NCBI GenBank assembly: GCA_973895155.1
Contig: OZ316892.1
Span: 24,189,971-24,253,970, forward strand
Length of the DNA stretch: 64,000 nt
Direction of reading: 5' to 3'
From: Marsupella aquatica
Lineage: Eukaryota > Plantae > Marchantiophyta
Part shown: piece after piece, positions 60,401 to 64,000 of the stretch
How positions within the stretch are numbered: the first letter of the stretch is position 1
Layout: every line of letters starts with the position of its first letter
Notes under the pieces: model-generated
Seen by the model: only the letters and a program-made list of their open reading frames with translations
The model's database searches: none
What the model was told of the DNA's origin: nothing
Translations under genes and position numbers: made by a program

Positions 60401-63400
60401 AAAAAGGTCCCACATTTGAATGTATGAGCTGTCTCTTCCGTGTTTAGCTCGTAGTTTATTTGTATGTATCGAACTATGTTTTCATACAGCTTCCAGATCA
60501 ACCGTTTGATTTTTTATGAAATTAACAACGAAGCCCTGATACGTTTTCTTCCCTTTGCTCGCAGTCTCTCCTTTGCTTTGGTCGCTGGGAAGATGAAGCA
60601 CAAAGTCCGTGTCGTGTCCTTGGACATGAGGGGACATGGATTGTCACGCACTGACAACGATTATGACCTATCAGCCGAGGCATGAAAACACTGTACCCAA
60701 AGATTCAAGCATGCATCGTTGCTTTTTCATTCAGCTATGCTACCTGGGAAGAGCTAGTAACTCGTAATGTTATGAAGACTTGATCCAGTATTGCTAGATC
60801 TGAAGCTGTCTAGTTTGCTTTAATTCCTTTGTACTGTTCTTAGGGTCCGTATCAAATGTTGCCTCTGTCAATTGCAGTGTCTGCTACCTATGTCGTTGTC
60901 TGGTAATTGCCAGAAGGACTGACGAATTTTTATTGTCCAAATGCTTGTAAAGTGTATTCTGACTACTCATTGTCTACTGCAGACCTTGTGCTCGGATGTA
61001 CTTAGTGTTATTAATGCCATCTATGGAAAAGACCCACCATCACTAATCCTGATCGGTCACAGGTGTGTTTTGGGTTGGCTGCTGCAAATATTGTTCTTAT
61101 GTCTTGTTTTCTTACCTTTGTTTGCTCCCAGTGTTTCTTGACCATTCAGGTCTTAGTGATTTGTGCCATAATAAATTTCAGAACATCAAACTTAGATAGA
61201 AAGACCGGCCCTTTAGACTGTACGCCTTTTGAGAACCACTTTCCAGTTAGATCCTGTAGACAATTGTTATTTGTCCCTGACATTTGATCAGGAAACCTAG
61301 TGCAGATCTCGAATATGAGCACTTCCGCGCTTAGTATTGAAAAGAAATATGGACATTGAAAATTACGGTACTTGTTTTCCTGTTCTTGATTGCATTCTAA
61401 AAATGATAATTTATATAATTTTTCAGTAAAAATGCATCTCAGGGCCACGTCAACTTTTTGTAATTGAAATAATGGGTCTGTAACTTGTGATGAATTTAAG
61501 TGAACTCCAATATTTTTGGTGGGTGTCACGCGTAAACCACAAATTGCTTTCATTGTAAGATATAAAAGACCACCCCAAAATAGAAAGTAAAATCGGGAGA
61601 AGAAGCATCTCCACTCCCCGTCCACTTCTGATCATGTTTTTCTACGCCTAACGAAGTAGAGAAGGTTTACGCAATCAAGAGAATCACTGACGAATACAAT
61701 AAGCATTGCGAGTCTTCATTTTCCTTTATCGTATGCAATCTCCATTCGTTCATTTCTCAGTTTGACCAGACGAAGAGAAGGAAGTTTTGAGTGATTATCT
61801 CAGAGACTGCTATACGTAATTTTATAAATAAATCGCGAATCTCAGTTAGCAATTTAAGAGTCCAAGACAGCCTCAATTATTGACCTTTAGAAAGGTACAG
61901 TTATTGTGAAAGGTTTTTCTTGGGATATGATTCAGTGATGTAATACTGCATACATCGTGTAGACTCGTTCTTATAGCCCTTTAATTGAATTTGGTGGCAT
62001 GTGGCGCAGCATGGGTGGCGCTGTTGCGGTACGGGTGGCAGCACAGAAAGCTCTTCGTACGCTTGCTGGCCTGGTCGTTGTGGATGTTGTAGAGGTGTGA
62101 CCAAATGTGTTTGTTCCCGTCGACAACTTGATTCGTCCCACTGTGCAGTTTATTGGATCTTGGAGGCTCTGTTACTGACTCTACTAGGCCAAAGTGAATT
62201 GCAATCCTCAAAGAGGCTAGTTCTACCTGTGGGATTCACGTTGGACATATTTCAAGTAACTAGTGCATCTGCAGAGTTCCACGAAAACCGTTAATGACTG
62301 CAAGCTGTTGTGAGATGTTCAGGGAACAGCAATGGCATCCCTGGTCCATATGCAACGAATCCTAACAAACCGCCAGACACACTTTCAGTCACTTGAGAAA
62401 GCAGTGAGTTTCCCACTTGTTTTTCTACAACCAAACGCTTCAAACGATGCTACTACTTTCGTTAAATTTGTCTACTTTTTGAATAATTTGTTGTAAGGTC
62501 ACTGGTTTTTGCATTTGGCCGCTCAGTTTTATACTGACCTGCTTCTGTACCTAGATCGAATGGAGTGTCAAAGGGGGTGCACTGAGGAATATTGAGTCTG
62601 CCCGTGTTTCAGTCCCATCCACTTTGAAATTTGATGAGAAGAAAAATTGGTAATCTATCACCTCAAGAAATTTTACTTTTGTGTAGACATCAGTTGTGTG
62701 GACATCAGTACATGGCCTATGACTGTGAGGATGGACAGCTGTCACGGTCTCATAGTAGCGTTTCAAGAGTACTCTCCTGTATTTCATTTTGAATTTAATA
62801 GCCTGCTTCTGGAAATTCGCACAACTAGCGGTAACAGTGCGGTGTGTGTTGTGCAGCTATGTCTGGCTCACCTCATTGCAGAAAAGTGAAGCCCACTGGA
62901 GAGGCTGGTAATATATTTGATCGTTGTGAGCTGGTCGAATTTATCCCTACTTGATGTGTTCCTTGCAGTTAGTGTTATCTACTTTTGAAAATGTGGATTA
63001 TGAAGTTGCCTGGAGTAGAATCGTTTTTGAGAGACAGTTTACAACTTGGTCGCTAGGCGTGAGATTATTTAGTAAGGCCTCAACTGTTGATACTCACTGC
63101 AGGTACGAGGGTCTTTCGGATGCTTTCTTGTCATGCCCTGTTGCAAAGCTTCTAATGTTGGCTGGAACTGATCGACTGGATAGGTATGCTCGTAGGCGCT
63201 TGGTTTTCAAGGTTTACAATATACTTCCAAAGAGCCCATTATACTGTTGGTTGTAATCAATGAACGGGAGACACATATAGCAGCCCTTAACTTTTACAGT
63301 GGATTGCTATTTAGGATGTACTCCTACCACCTCTACAAGTTCAGCCGTACCTTTTGTCCACCCCTAGTTAGTGAAACCCGTAGATTTGACTGTGTCAACA

Positions 63401-64000
63401 CTGTTGGGAAAATGAGCTGATACTGTTCTCAATAGTTCTCAACTGTACACAATAACAAAGGCAGAAGAAGGTCATGCCTGCACAGGTCTCCAATCCATTT
63501 GCAAACCAGGCAAGGCGCATCCTTTCCTAGAATTGTCAAATTTACTTATTATATGGATAACATGGTTGTCTCAATGTCTCTTTCAACTTTGTGACTAAAC
63601 CTGCAGCTGTTACATGAGCCAGGTTCCAGTTTCTAGATTTCTTCCTTCGATTTATACCTTCACCATGACTAGTTTTGTTCCCGGTTGGAATTGGGGACTT
63701 CTCATTTGATTTTCCTTAGCAGCGATATGCCTCATGAAATGATTTGGGTGACGATGATACCGGTCTTTGATTTATTTCCTTCTCTTTATTGTTTGCCAAT
63801 GGTTGATCGAGCTGGTGGGCTCTTGTTATGTCATCTGACCGAAGTTGACTTGTATTCTATTCAATAATGTTATGCCTAGAAAAAACCTATATTCCGTTGA
63901 CGTGGTCAATTTGCCATCCCAATCTTCTTTTGGAATTATGGTGTCGATAAATTTTAATTCCTTACTCGTGATTTCTTCAGATCCTTGACCATAGGTCAGA
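57480..64000 (+). CDS. PME1: Protein phosphatase 2A methylesterase 1 (alpha/beta hydrolase), 3'-partial in this window
   Basis: Exons 57480-57799, 59511-59595, 60156-60226, 60565-60679, 60983-61062, 62010-62094, 62323-62403, 62555-62649, 62857-62907, 63103-63183 and 63981->end join in frame. Motifs: YSPLPWEGHFD, LHGGGYSGLSF, DMRGHG, GHSMGG, DVVEGTAMASL, SARVSVP, KLLMLAGTDRLDRSLTIGQ. Confidence 0.95.
58705..59406. repeat. ~223-240-bp tandem repeat, 3 copies, in the first coding intron of PME-1
   Basis: gtcttgacaa.atac.gttgcctagtaata and ggttgcatgac.ggttttatccgcctgag recur in units starting at ~58705, ~58928 and ~59168. Confidence 0.9.

Overview
Eukaryotic, intron-rich nuclear DNA from a land plant. 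A flagellar radial-spoke gene together with a PLS-DYW PPR gene points to a sperm-flagellated lineage with organellar RNA editing; a bryophyte-grade plant is my best guess (inference). Six protein-coding genes are supported: an intronless 13-finger C2H2 zinc-finger gene (309-2630 +), radial spoke head RSP4/6 (4029-9183 -), a PLS-E-DYW PPR gene (12364-~15685 -), VAP27 (31739-34863 +), syntaxin SYP5 (40495-43234 -) and PP2A methylesterase PME-1 (57480 to beyond the window end, +). Intergenic DNA holds two degenerate Copia LTR elements, non-LTR remnants, a hAT-type MITE family with 8-bp TSDs, a foldback element and several short tandem duplications. The most striking object is the PPR protein. It has an N-terminal, intron-split OSB-type PDF (ssDNA-binding) motif. 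Its DYW domain has lost all three catalytic-zinc ligands (H>Y, C>S, C>S) but keeps the structural-zinc ligands, so it looks like a possible DNA/RNA dual-binding pseudo-deaminase. Exon boundaries were derived by hand from splice signals and reading frame.
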